A stretch of DNA of 64,000 bases from Octopus vulgaris (GCA_951406725.2 OX597834.1:21390001-21454000), one strand, 5' to 3'; positions 12,139-24,236 are shown, counted from the stretch's first letter. The notes: generated by a model from the letters alone, not told the origin. Made by a program: numbers and translations.

Positions 12139-12510
12139 TTAAAGAGAGAAAGAGAGAGAGAGTGAGAGAGTCACAGACAGAGAGTGTGTGTCTATGTATT
12201 TATGTAAAAGATTGTCTGCTTATGTGAATCTTTGTGTATGTGTTTGCATGTGTATGTCTGTATGTTTATGTGTGTATATGTGTATGTGTGTGTATAGGTG
12301 TGTATGTGTGTGCATGTGTATATGTGTATGTGTGTGTATAGGTGTGTGTATGTGTATGCTTGTGTATGTGTGTGTATGTGTATTTGTGTGTGTGTGTATG
12401 TGTATATGTGTGCGCTTGTGTGTGGTGTGTGTGCATGTTTATATGTGTATGTGTGTGTATGTGTGTGTATATGTGTGTGTGCGTGTGTGTGGTGTATGTG
12501 TGAGTAGAGG
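11735..12510. repeat. Opposed (CA)n and (TG)n tracts
   Basis: Directly visible. Confidence 0.9.
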
Positions 12511-12703
12511 AAAGTGCATGTGCGACTGTTAGCTCATAATATCACAAATATTATCTCTTTTCAAAATACACCTGCTGAAAATTTTATATATACAAAGCTA
12601 CAGACACAGACACACACACACTTAAAATAAGAGTTACTAACAGTTTCATGCCATGGAGACACTTGGGTGAGGCAGATTTGTATAGCCTACGTTGTGTCTC
12701 TGA

Positions 12704-12781
12704 GCAATCTCTGGGCTCAGGGCTGATGATTAGTTCTGTTTTCAAACTGTGCTAATCATGTGCTCTGAGTCTCACGATTGT
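12704..12781 (+). ncRNA. Candidate pre-miRNA-like hairpin
   Basis: GCAATC-tct-GGGCTCAGGGC-tg-ATGATTAGT-16 nt-GCTAATCAT-gt-GCTCTGAGTCT-cac-GATTGT; several G:U pairs form only on the + strand. Not matched to any known miRNA. Confidence 0.35.
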
Positions 12782-12827
12782 TTGAAGACTCAAAGCATGT
12801 TATATAAAACTGCCAATCCATTGTTCC

Positions 12828-12994
12828 TTAGAGGGTTTTAGTCAAACAAATCGACCCTAGGACTTCTTTGTAAGCCTAGTACTTATTTTGTCGGTTTCTT
12901 TTGCCTAACTGCTAAGTCATGGGGACATAAACACACCAGTTTTGGTTTGTCAAGTGATGTTGGTGGGACAAACTCAAACATACACACGCATAAA

Positions 12995-13000
<6 letters not shown>
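12828..13000 (-). mobile_element. SINE family A fragment
   Basis: TTTTAGTCAAACAAATCGACCCTAGGACTTCTTTGTAAGCCTAGTACTTATT...GGGACAAAC. Confidence 0.75.
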
Positions 13001-13031
<31 letters not shown>

Positions 13032-13709
13032 CCATGCCTGCATGGAAGGTGGGCATTAAACGATGAATCCAAGGAGGCTGGTAGTGATTGTCTGGTTTCC
13101 CATCAGTAGCAGCCAATTTCCCAAACATAGAGAATGTAAAACTATATTGTCTTATATTTCTTTTGTGAGCCCTTTACGCCAAAGAAGGACATATTCTGTT
13201 ACATTTTACAAGTAATAGATTCATACACACACACACACACACACAAACACACATATCAAATATAGCAGAATTCAAGAAGACTGGTAGTGGCTGTGTTGTT
13301 TCCCTTCAGTAGCAGCCGATTTTTCATCCATAGAAGATATAAAATTCTGCTGCCTTTCTTTAATTTCCCTCCTCTCACCTTCACTCTGAAGAACAGCTCT
13401 ATCTAAAACATTATCTACTTCCCTTACCTCAACAAGTTCGCTCTACATGTGCACACAACCCATAGAAACACACACATACATACACAAAAACACACATACT
13501 CACAGAAGCGTACACACACAAGCACACCCACCTATACATACACACATAGACATACACACCCACCTATACATACACACATAGACATACACACCCACCTATA
13601 CGTACACACATAGACATACACACCCACATGCACATACACACATACATTGCTAACCTACATAAATTTATTTTTAATCAACCTCGTATCATACTGAATTTAC
13701 ATTTAGATG

Positions 13710-13781
13710 GAAAGATAGATAGATAGATAGAGAGAAAGAGAGAGAGGAGAGAGAGAGAGAGAAACAAGCAGATGGAAACAG

Positions 13782-13866
<85 letters not shown>
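13710..13866. repeat. (GATA)n/(GA)n microsatellite
   Basis: Directly visible. Confidence 0.95.
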
Positions 13867-14558
13867 TAAAGCTGTGCCTTGTTTGCCTAATCTAAATCAG
13901 GGTTTCTCAATCAGATATTGGAATGGGATATTATGAAGTTCTCATTTATCAGCTATTGAAATTCAAAGCCCTCTGCTTGTATTACTGTATCGGAAGGAGT
14001 CTCCCTATAAACATCCTGTCTCATTGTAAACAGATATAATCAAACTAAACGTGATGACGATGACAACAAACGCCTCTGCATGACGACTTTTTTTGTCATC
14101 AGCGTCATCATTGTTGTTGTTGTTGTCGCTGTTGAGTTGTTTTCTTTTTATATAAATTAAATTGTTAAAACATCTGGTACAGGTCACTACTATGTACGCT
14201 GAGATCCTCAACCACATCGACAATAAACCAGCTCTAGCCTGTATTTTTTCTGTTGTCATCATCATCATCTTCCTCATCATCCTCATCCTCATCACCATCA
14301 ATGTGCTTTGCTGGCATGGAGTTTCTGTCTCTACTATTATGACCTCTGTTCCTCAGTGCTATCCATCTCATATATATATATGTATATATATATATATATG
14401 TGTATATATATATATATATAATATAATAAAGTATATGCATATATACATACATATATGTACGTACCTACATTTATATGTATACATACATGCATATAAGGGT
14501 ACAGGACACCAAAAAAAACGTTGAACACAATGTGAAACGAAAACATAAAAACAAAACC

Positions 14559-14669
14559 ATGGAAATGGACATTTTTTTAAACAACGAAAAATCAGAGTAC
14601 AAGACATACAACACAAGGAAAATTCCCCTTCTTCAGCCGCACCTGCTTTGTCTACTCCATGTTTCGAAG
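14559..14669 (+). CDS. Possible first coding exon ([37 protein letters not shown]), unverified
   Basis: AAAACCATGG start context, 37 open codons, then AAG|GTAAGG donor; local CpG retention. No homology recognised. Confidence 0.2.
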
Positions 14670-14733
14670 GTAAGGGCGAGACACAACTTCGTTGAAACAA
14701 TCCTTCCCGCAAAGCAAATTAAATAAAATTTGT

Positions 14734-14843
14734 GATTTTTTGCAGAGGGGTAAAAGTGGTAACAAAAACAGGACAGTAGTTTTTATTTGTATTGTTTTTA
14801 CTGTCTTGTTTTTGTTACCACTTTTACCCCTCCGCAAAAAATC
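14734..14843. repeat. 45-bp inverted repeat with 20-nt loop
   Basis: Arms 14734-14778 and 14799-14843 match at 43/45. Confidence 0.9.
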
Positions 14844-15709
14844 CCGACTAAAAAAATCAAGAATTAAAAGAAAATTTATATTTTACCTTTTTTAGAAAAA
14901 ACGTTTTAAAAAATTTTCTTCCAACAAAGCCAACAATTATTATTTTTTTCGTATAAAAGACACACAAGTTTAATAAAACAAGATATAATAATCCCTTATT
15001 TTAGTTTTTTGGGTTTCCTTTCGGAGCCAGTGTTTATAATAGCATGGGAATTTAACATTATTTGAGCAGCAGTATTTTCAAGAATGGCTTTGCAGGTTCC
15101 ATTAATGGAAAAATTTGATAGGAATCTTCCATACTGAATTTTTTAAAAGTCATGAAGTTATTATGTATATCTTTCCTGTTTGTTTGGCTTTCACATTCAT
15201 ATATACATGCATATACATATACATACATACATACATATATATTTTTTCATATATGTTTATCAAAATATTCACACATACACATATATACATGCATACACAC
15301 ACACACACACTTGCATACATACTTATAGTTATATGCAAACATACATACTTACATATATATATGTACCTATATAGATATATATTTCTATATATCTCTATAT
15401 CTATCTTTTTATTGATCTGTCTATCTCTCTCTCTCTCTCACTCTCACTTTCTCTCTATCTATTTATCTATACATATATATGTGTGCTGTAGATATAAATA
15501 GGAAAAAGTAGTATAAACACAAGATACAATTTAGACCATTTGCCCCTTGCACCCATTTTGCTATTGTAGCTATTTTCATCCACAGCAGTGGGTGTTCAAA
15601 GCACGATTAGATGCAGATTCTCATCAGTTATTCACAGGAACTGTAATTGTAGACACACGAAATATATATATATGTATGTGTGTGTGTGTGTTTGTCTATT
15701 ATATTGATA

Positions 15710-15744
<35 letters not shown>

Positions 15745-15746
<2 letters not shown>

Positions 15747-16044
15747 AGGTGCAATGGCCCAGTGGTTAGAGCAGCGGACTCGCGGTCGTAGGATTGCGGT
15801 TTTGATTCCCAGACTGGGTGTTGTGAGTGTTTATTGAGCAAAAACACATAAAGATCCACAAGGCTCCGACAAGGGATGGTGGCGATCCCTGCTGTACTCT
15901 TTCGTCGCAATTTTCTCTCACTCTTTCTTCTGTTGGCCTGCTCACTTAGCCAGCGGGGTGGCATCATTTGAAGGCTAAAAAACAATGCGAAGCACATTGT
16001 GACCAGTGATGTGTAGCAACATCTGATGGCCTGGTCGGTCACGG

Positions 16045-16048
<4 letters not shown>
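15745..16048 (+). mobile_element. tRNA(Arg)-like SINE family E inserted in (TA)n
   Basis: A box TGGCCCAGTGG, anticodon-like GACTCGCG (TCG), degenerate B box GGTTTTGATTCC; pure (TA)n on both sides. May correspond to a described octopus OR-type SINE (not verified). Confidence 0.8.
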
Positions 16049-16112
<64 letters not shown>

Positions 16113-16237
16113 TTTGATGTATAGCTACATACGTTTCTCTCAAGCCACTTGTTTTTTGCAGCTGCACTCCCCATTACAAATATGATTTGCAATATCCATG
16201 AATTTTAAGGGAAGCCACTGTTACATTTATTTATTAA

Positions 16238-16572
16238 GACACATGACTCCGTAATTAGAATGTTGGGCTTATGATCATAAGGTAGTGAGTTTAATTCTCA
16301 GACCAGGCTGTGTATTGTGTTCTTGAGCAAGACACTTTATTTCACATTGCTCCACTTCACTCGTCTGAAGAAATGAGTTGCAACGTCATGGGTGCCAAGC
16401 TGTATTGGCCATTGCCTTTCACTTGGATCACATTGGTGGTGTGGAGAGGGGAGGCTGGTATGCATAGGCAACTGCTGGTCTTCTATAAACAATCTTGCAA
16501 AGACTCGTGCCTCAGAGAGGAACTTTCAAGATACAATCTCTTGGTCATGCATGACTGAAGGGGATCTTTACT
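16238..16572 (+). mobile_element. SINE family D, diverged
   Basis: TTGTGTTCTTGAGCAAGACACTTTATTTCAC core and GGAGAGGGGAGGCTGGTATGCAT body shared with 21490-21826. Confidence 0.75.
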
Positions 16573-16596
16573 TTACTTGGTGTATATATATATACA

Positions 16597-16792
16597 CCAA
16601 GTCTCTCCTTTTCTCTCCTTTTTTTCTCTCCTTTTTTCTCTCCTTGTTTCTCTCTGTGTATCTTTCTGTCGAAGAGCGTAGGCTCGAAACATAAAAGACT
16701 TTTTCTATTTCTATTCCTGAGCACTATACTAATACATTTGTTTGTTTGTACTCCACCTGCCTTCGTCTTTTGTTTATTTTCGTAAACTTTCC

Positions 16793-16797
<5 letters not shown>
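16597..16797 (+). mobile_element. Penelope-like terminal remnant F1 with minimal hammerhead-like motif
   Basis: TCTTT-CTGTCGA-A-GAGC-GTAG-GCTC-GAAAC-ATA-AAAGA at 16661-16698; between TA tracts; further copies at 44352 and 53733. Confidence 0.6.
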
Positions 16798-16832
<35 letters not shown>

Positions 16833-18109
16833 CTCTCTCTTTCGGAGAGGCATATATATATATATTTGTTTAGGTGTGTATGTATGCGAATGAGACAAGT
16901 AAATACCGAGAACTACATTTTGTGGTCCCATTTAGTGTTAGCACTCTTGTGCTAGTAGTACTGAGTATGTTGGTGATGATGATGATGACGACAACAATTG
17001 TAATGGTGGTGGTGGTGGTGGTTGTGGTGGTTTGTGGTGGTGATGATGATGATGATAGTAGTGGTGGTGGTGGCGATCATGGTGGTGATGGCAATGATGA
17101 TTTTGACAATCATTGTGATGGTGGCAGCGGTGATGATGATGGTGATGCTAGACTGATAGTGGTCCGAGGGAGGTGGTTTCAAGACCAACACCATTTTTAT
17201 GTCTGCTTGCTGATTACTATCGTTAAGTGAAATCATTGTTTTCTACAAATAGTCACTCCCTTCATATCTACATGTATGTACCTGTATATATGTGTGTGTG
17301 TGGGTGGGTGAGTGTATACGTGTGGTTATATACGTGTATTTGCATACATACACATATATTTATATACATATATTCACTCACACACACACATACACACACA
17401 CACATATACACACAAAGACAGGCATATATATATGCATATATATATATGCGCATACACACATATATACATACTTACATACACATATATATACATACATATA
17501 GATGCACACACATATAAATACATACACATACATACACATACGCACACACACACATATATATATATACATACATACATGTACACATACATATGTATCATAT
17601 ATTCACACACATACCCTTATGTTGTCTTTGTTCATATCTTTGCAAATTATTCTACCCAACTAACTTTTCAGATAAGATCTGTTTATATTTGTTTTATCCT
17701 ATGTTGGGGTGGAATAAAAAACAAAAAAAAGACACCATTAAAAACATTTAAAAAAAAAACATCAAAAACAAACAGGCATTCTCATCCGACTTAATTTTCC
17801 AAAGCTGAGTGATAAATGGTAAAACACACACAAATCTACCTTACCCCCCCCCCCCGACCCATTTACATGATTCTTCACTCGAAGGCACTCGCGTGTGCTG
17901 TATTGGTCTCTTATAGAGACACACCCACTTTCTGAAGTTCCAGCACCAAACCTGATTATTTTCGTCCACCCCCTCCCCCCATTGTTTTTGTCTCTGTTCT
18001 TATATTTCTATTAATAGCATTGTTCATGTTGTTGTTAATTTAATAGACCAGTAGACAACCAATAAATACTTATGTTATATATATATATATATATAAATAG
18101 CCAGCCACT

Positions 18110-18203
<94 letters not shown>

Positions 18204-18311
18204 AATAGGTAGTTGGCTGGATATCAATATATAAATAGTTCGTATGATGTAAGTTTATACATGTGTGTATAGACACACAAACATATTAGTTTCTGTGTAA
18301 GCATATATGTA

Positions 18312-18351
<40 letters not shown>

Positions 18352-18471
18352 GGTGTGTGAGTGTGTGTGCGTGCGCAGATATTGTGCAGAAAGGTGGAAT
18401 CAACATACAATAGTAATAATAATAATGATAACAACAACAATACAACGTACATACACCCCAACATGTGTGTA

Positions 18472-18504
<33 letters not shown>

Positions 18505-18506
<2 letters not shown>

Positions 18507-18742
18507 CATCATCATTGTTTAACATCCGTTTTCCATGCTGGCATGGGTTGGATGGTTCAACTGGGATCTGGGAAGCCAAGAGGCTGCACTGGTCCCAATC
18601 TGATCTGGCAGTGTTTCTACAGCTGGATACCCTTCCTAACGCCAACCACATCGAGAGTGTAGTGGGTGCTTTTTACATGCCACCGGCACAGGGGCCAAAG
18701 GAGCTGGCATCGACCACGACTGGATGGTGCTTTTTACGTGCC
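18505..18742 (-). mobile_element. Family C element
   Basis: (ATC)n tail, TTTAACATCCGTTTTCCATGCTGGCATGGG, GGATACCCTTCCTAACGCCAACCAC core. Confidence 0.8.
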
Positions 18743-18815
18743 TCACACCTACATATACACACACATACTCACACGCACATATACATACATATATATACAT
18801 ACATTTGAGTACGTA

Positions 18816-18858
<43 letters not shown>

Positions 18859-18886
18859 TTACAGATTTAAATGTATGCATTTATAG

Positions 18887-18968
<82 letters not shown>

Positions 18969-19996
18969 TGAAGAGAGATAGGATATATAAAGGTAGACAG
19001 ATAGACAATACATTCATACATACATACTGACACACAATATATATACACACACACACAAGCATGTATGTGTGTACAGTCACGCATACAATTAAACACAGAC
19101 CCATATATATTTGCACGTACCTTTGCACTTTTGCATTTTAACTCAAGCGGACACGGGGCGATGCACACAGACACAAGCTGACATGCACATGCACACAGTA
19201 CTCAGACACATACTCAGACAAGCCACCACCACCACCACCCCACCTTACCACCCACAACAATAGAATCTCCATTATCTTTGATTTTACATTCTGTGTTGTT
19301 GTAAGAACAAGCAAACCAAAACATTTAATGAATTTCAAATAGAAATGCTTTTGTGGTTTTCACTTGAAAGTAAATCTGTTTGTCCTTCCTGTGATTTTTT
19401 CCTTCCTTTTTTTAGTTCCTTTCATCGGTTCATTCAGACAGTAATGAACAAAGATTACTGCCATCATCATCATCGTCATCATTATTTTTGTTGTTGCTAT
19501 CGTCAGTTTCCATTGTCATTTATTAAACAGACTGCCACATCACTTTTGTCAAAACTCAATAAGTTGTGGCTAAGTTTACCTCGGATACCAATTTAATTAA
19601 CACACGCCACCCCACTGTTACTACTAACATCCTGTTCAAAAAAACAAGAGAGGAAAAACAACAAGCTCTGTCTTGCCATGATTCCATTCTTTAGGGAACA
19701 GAAACAAGGGATAAAACAAGGGATTAGATCTTCTCCTATGTGAAATGAAGTGTCTTGCTCAAGAATATGATGCACCAGCCAGTTTGGGAATTGAACCTGT
19801 GATCCTGAGCCCAGCTTCATCATTATCATTGTCATCATCCTTTTATACTCTTTTACAAGAGCACTGACTGCTAAGGGTTTTAATTGATGGTATTGGCCCC
19901 TTATTAATCTTGTTGCAGTAGTTATTTTTCCGATTTCTATTTATCAAAGTGTTAAGTCACACAATGCAATGTACTGCTTCATGCTGTATACGCACT

Positions 19997-20133
19997 GAGC
20001 GGTTCAGCAAAAGTGACTGATTGACCAAGTACCAGGCGTAAAAAGATAAAAATGATTCATTCGACAAAGAAGTCTTCAATGTGGTGCCCCAGCATGGCTA
20101 CAGTCGAAGGACTGAAACAAGAAAAGGATAAAA
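19997..20133 (+). mobile_element. SINE family A 3' fragment, old
   Basis: AGCGGTTCAGCAAAAG...GGTGCCCCAGCATGGCTACAGTC...ACTGAAACAAG. Confidence 0.65.
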
Positions 20134-20145
20134 GATATATATATA

Positions 20146-20361
20146 GGAGGGAGTGCTGAAAAATTCCTGGCTTTAGGTAAAAGAAAATTCAGGAGCATCA
20201 GTTAATTATGATTTTATGAAATATATTCCCTTCTCAGATTCACACACTTATTGCAGTGGTCCTTCAGTTTTTTCTAAGCCCTGTAAAAGAACTCCGAAGG
20301 TTAGGCCTCCAGCGCCAGGCCCTTTACAATACACTTAAAAACCAGAAATTTTTCAGCACCC

Positions 20362-20366
<5 letters not shown>
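20146..20366 (-). mobile_element. Mariner-derived MITE
   Basis: TIR-like GAGGGAGTGCTGAAAAATTCCTGG...CCAGAAATTTTTCAGCACCCCTC in TA context; minus strand encodes KLKDHCNKCVNLRREYIS*, like a mariner transposase C-terminus (K..RW.KCV...G.Y.E). Confidence 0.75.
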
Positions 20367-20422
<56 letters not shown>

Positions 20423-20430
20423 ATGCGTGT

Positions 20431-20648
20431 GTGTGGCACGTAAAAAGCACCATCCGACCGTGGCCATTTGCCAGCCCCGTCTGGCACGTAAAAAGCACCC
20501 ACCACACTCACAGAGTGGTTGGCATTAGGAAGGGCATCCAGCCGTAGAAACATTGCCAGATCAGACTGGGCCTGGTGCAGCCTTCTGGCCTCCCAGGCCC
20601 CAGTTGAACTGTCCAACCCATGCTAGCATGGAAAGTGGACGCTAAATG

Positions 20649-20680
<32 letters not shown>
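20431..20680 (+). mobile_element. Family C element
   Basis: GGCATTAGGAAGGGCATCCAGCCGTAGAAAC core; ends GGACGCTAAATGAG(GAT)n. Confidence 0.8.
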
Positions 20681-20802
20681 ATATGGCAAATGGAAGATGG
20701 AATATACAAGAATTTATTATTAATCATGACAATTGTTTCAACACATCTAGCATCGATTCCTCGTGGTGGGACGTTCAACAACTGGTTCAGGAGCATCTGG
20801 TG

Positions 20803-20988
20803 GTACTTAAAAGCACCCATTACACTCTCGGAATGGTTGGCATTAGGAAGGACATCCAGCCATAGAAACCATGCCAAATCAGACTGGAGTCCGGTGCAGC
20901 CCTTCATCTTGCCAGCCTTGGTCAAACCGTCCGACCCATGCCAGAGTGGACAACAGACATTAAATGATCATGATCATGATCATGATGA
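20803..20988 (+). mobile_element. Family C element
   Basis: GGCATTAGGAAGGACATCCAGCCATAGAAAC...GACATTAAATGATCATGAT. Confidence 0.7.
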
Positions 20989-20989
20989 T

Positions 20990-21210
20990 ATACAAGGAGG
21001 TGCTGAAAATTTCCTGGCTTTGGGTAAAAGAAAATACAAGAGGATCAGTTAATTAGGATTGAATATTCAACATATTCCCCTCTCAGATTCACACACTTAT
21101 CGCAGCAGTCCTTCAGTTTTTCTAAAGCCTGTAAAAGAACTTGGAAGGTTGGGCCTCCAGCCAGACCTTTCATGATGCCCTTAAAACCAGGAATTTTTCA
21201 GCACCCACCA
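20990..21210 (-). mobile_element. Mariner-derived MITE, second copy
   Basis: Same TIRs; minus strand reads ALEKLKDCCDKCVNLRGEYVE. Confidence 0.75.
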
Positions 21211-21224
21211 ATAGATATATATAT

Positions 21225-21373
21225 TGCGTTAGGAAGGGCATCAAGCTGTAGAAACTCTGCCAGATCAAGATTGAAGCCTGGTGCAGCCATCTGGTTTGCC
21301 AGCCCTCAGTCAATTGTCCAACCCATGCTAGCATGGAAAGCGGACATTAAACGATGATGATGATGATGATGAT
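21225..21373 (+). mobile_element. Family C 3' fragment
   Basis: GCGTTAGGAAGGGCATCAAGCTGTAGAAAC...GGACATTAAAC(GAT)n. Confidence 0.75.
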
Positions 21374-21489
21374 ATATATATAGTACAAAGTAAGATAGGG
21401 GTTGTGAGGGTAACCCACTATGGGATTGTAAGTTGATGATTGAAATGAATTTGTTCCTCCATTTTCTTATTTGTATATATATATATATA

Positions 21490-21826
21490 GTGAAGGCGCA
21501 TGGCTCAGTGGTTAGAGCGTCGAGCTTACGATCGTGATGTTGTGAGCTCGAATCCCGGACCGGGTTGCGTGTTGTGTTCTTGAGGAAGACACTTTATTTC
21601 ACGTTGCTCCAGTTCACTCAGCTGTAGAAATGAGTTACAACATCACAAGTGCCAAGCTGTATCGGCCCTTGCCTTTCCCTTGGACAACATCGGTGACGTG
21701 GAGAGGGGAGGCCGGTATGCATGGGCGACTGCTGGTCTTCCATAAAACAACCTTGCCCAGACTTGTGCCTCAGAGGGTAACTCTCTAGGTGCAAACCCAT
21801 GGTCAGTGTCTGACCGAAGGGGGTCA
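21490..21826 (+). mobile_element. tRNA-derived SINE family D, full length, in (TA)n
   Basis: A box TGGCTCAGTGG, B-box-like GAGCTCGAATCCC, CORE-like TGTGTTCTTGAGGAAGACACTT...CACTCAGCTGTAGAAATGAGT; TA tracts on both sides. Confidence 0.85.
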
Positions 21827-21833
21827 CCATACC

Positions 21834-21865
<32 letters not shown>

Positions 21866-22763
21866 AATGTGTGTCCTTTACTTTTTATTCATTAACCTGT
21901 ATGTATATATATATATACGCATGGTAAAACGCATATATAGATATGGCTTAGCCGACAGAAATAGTGACAAACACTAACCCAGCATATAGGATAAACATAA
22001 TGAAAAGTTTTTATCCTCAGTGTCCCTGTGATTCTATGGGCCCTATGCAGATATAGGTCATCTATTTCAATACCAAATTAACACCATTAATCAACCCACA
22101 ATGCATAAAATCCATTGTGGTAAACACTGGAATTACACAAGGTGCCACTGTAATTATCTTCGGTCTCAAACATGATTAAGTTGCTCTGTAATCCGATAAT
22201 GGAACTATGTAAATGAATTATGTTCGTTTTGGAGTGGTTCCCTTGCACCAATTATCTCCCTCCTGCTTGGCTAATTAAAAAACATTTGTTAACCTATAAG
22301 GTATAATTGGTGCAGCCCTCACTTGCGCACGAATTAGGGAAAGGAAATTTTAAAATATAAAAAAAGAAAAAAATGGAAAGGACCTTCTTTGCCAACGAAA
22401 AAGATACATATGTGTGTGCGTGTGTGTGTGTGGTGTGTGTGTGTGTGCATGTGTGTATGTATATACATGCTTATAAATGTATATATAAAGCAGATACACA
22501 CACACAAATACACGTATATATATATACACACACACACACACAAATACATGTATATATATACATGTATATATATACATGTGTGTGTATAGTACACAGATAC
22601 ATATATGCATATGTACTATATATATATATTATATATCAAATTGTGTCTATATACAAATACACACACACTCATATACATTACATACACATATATATATATG
22701 TGTATGTGTATACATATATATGTACATATGTATATCTGTATGAATGTATGGATGTATCTATCT

Positions 22764-22799
<36 letters not shown>

Positions 22800-23299
22800 G
22801 ATCAGAGCCCAAACTGGGGGAATGTTGGGTGAGGCGAGGTCAGTGAGCTGGGTTGAGTCTATTATTTTGATATTTCATCAACACTGTAGTGGTATTTATT
22901 AATGAGTGTGTGGCTTTTCATTAGAATGTCAGGGGATCGTTAAGGTCGCAAGTTCCATCCCGACAACAGCAGAGCCAAACAGCTGTGAACTACATCATAG
23001 CTAAATTCAGTTGTGTCTCGATAGGAAAACAAAAATGTCCTTCATAACCATCTGTTCCTATTTAGTCCTCAGTCAGAACTGTTTGGCAGACTTATGATCA
23101 AAACCATTCCCTACTTTAACACTCCCTTTTCTCTGCGCTTCTTTGCCCTCCCTGCTCCTCATTGCTGTCCGACCCCTTTGGAATAAGGTACATTGGACTA
23201 TGTTACCCAGTGTGCCTTTCTTTGTTTGTGCTAATTCTGTTGATGTCAATCCACCTGAGACCACCTCAAGTTCTTTGATACAAGCCTCATGTTTTCAAA

Positions 23300-23985
23300 C
23301 AGTGGTTCTCATCCAGGATTCCATATAGCCCTTGATGGGTTCACATGGCCCTTGGTGGGGGTCTTTTACTTGTTTCAGTCATTTGACTGTGGCCATGCTG
23401 GAGCACCGCCTTTAGTCGAGCAAATTGACCCCGGGACTTATTCTTTGTAAGCCCAGTACTTATTCTATCGGTCTCTTTGGCCGAACCGCTAAGTGACGGG
23501 GACATAAACACACCAGCATCGGTTGTCAAACAATGCTAGGGGGACAAACACAGACACACAAACACACACACACATAAATATATATATATATATATATATA
23601 CATATATACGACAGGCTTCTTTCAGTTTCTGTCTACCAAATCCACTCACAAGGCATTGGTCGGCCCGGGGATATAGCAAAAGACACTTGCCCAACATGCC
23701 ACGCAGTGGGACTGAACCCAGTACCATGTGGTTGGTTAGCAAGCTACTTACCACACAGCCACTGTATGATGTCGTTGTTAAAATTTATGTGCAATAAATT
23801 GGTTCTCCTTCTATGATACACAAAATATTTGAACAATTTTTTTATGCAGTTTCTAATAATATTTAATTCTAAAAATAAAATAGGGTTTTTAAAACATTGA
23901 ATGGTTATGGGGGGTGGGGGTCCAGCAAAAATATAATCGTAAACAAAGGGGTCCATAGATAAAAAAAAATGGCTGAGAATCATTG
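23300..23985. mobile_element. Old hAT-like MITE split by a family A SINE
   Basis: CAGTGGTTCTCATCC at 23300 and GGCTGAGAATCATTG ending at 23985; GGGGTCC subterminal motifs; TSD not clear. Confidence 0.5.
23363..23763 (-). mobile_element. SINE family A, near full length
   Basis: Reverse-complement match to 1721-2170; very similar to 55471-55884. Confidence 0.9.
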
Positions 23986-24002
23986 ATATAAACCGTTTTT
24001 TT

Positions 24003-24199
24003 TTTATTTGTTTCAGTCATTTGACTGTGGCCATGCTGGAGCACCACCTTCAGTTAAGCAAATCAACTCCAGGACTTATTCTTTGTAAGCCTAGTACTTA
24101 TTCTGTTGGTCTATTTTGCCGAATCGCTAAGTTACGGGGACGTAAACAAACCAGCATCGGTTGTCAAGCGTTGGTAGGGGGACAAACAGACACACAAGC

Positions 24200-24236
<37 letters not shown>

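Noticed and set aside
12656-12800. H/ACA snoRNA from the two adjacent hairpins
   Set aside because: No ANANNA hinge or terminal ACA at the required positions on either strand.
15745-15815. tRNA gene (also at 21490 and the family A heads)
   Set aside because: A/B boxes are present but there is no closed acceptor stem, and each runs into a SINE body.
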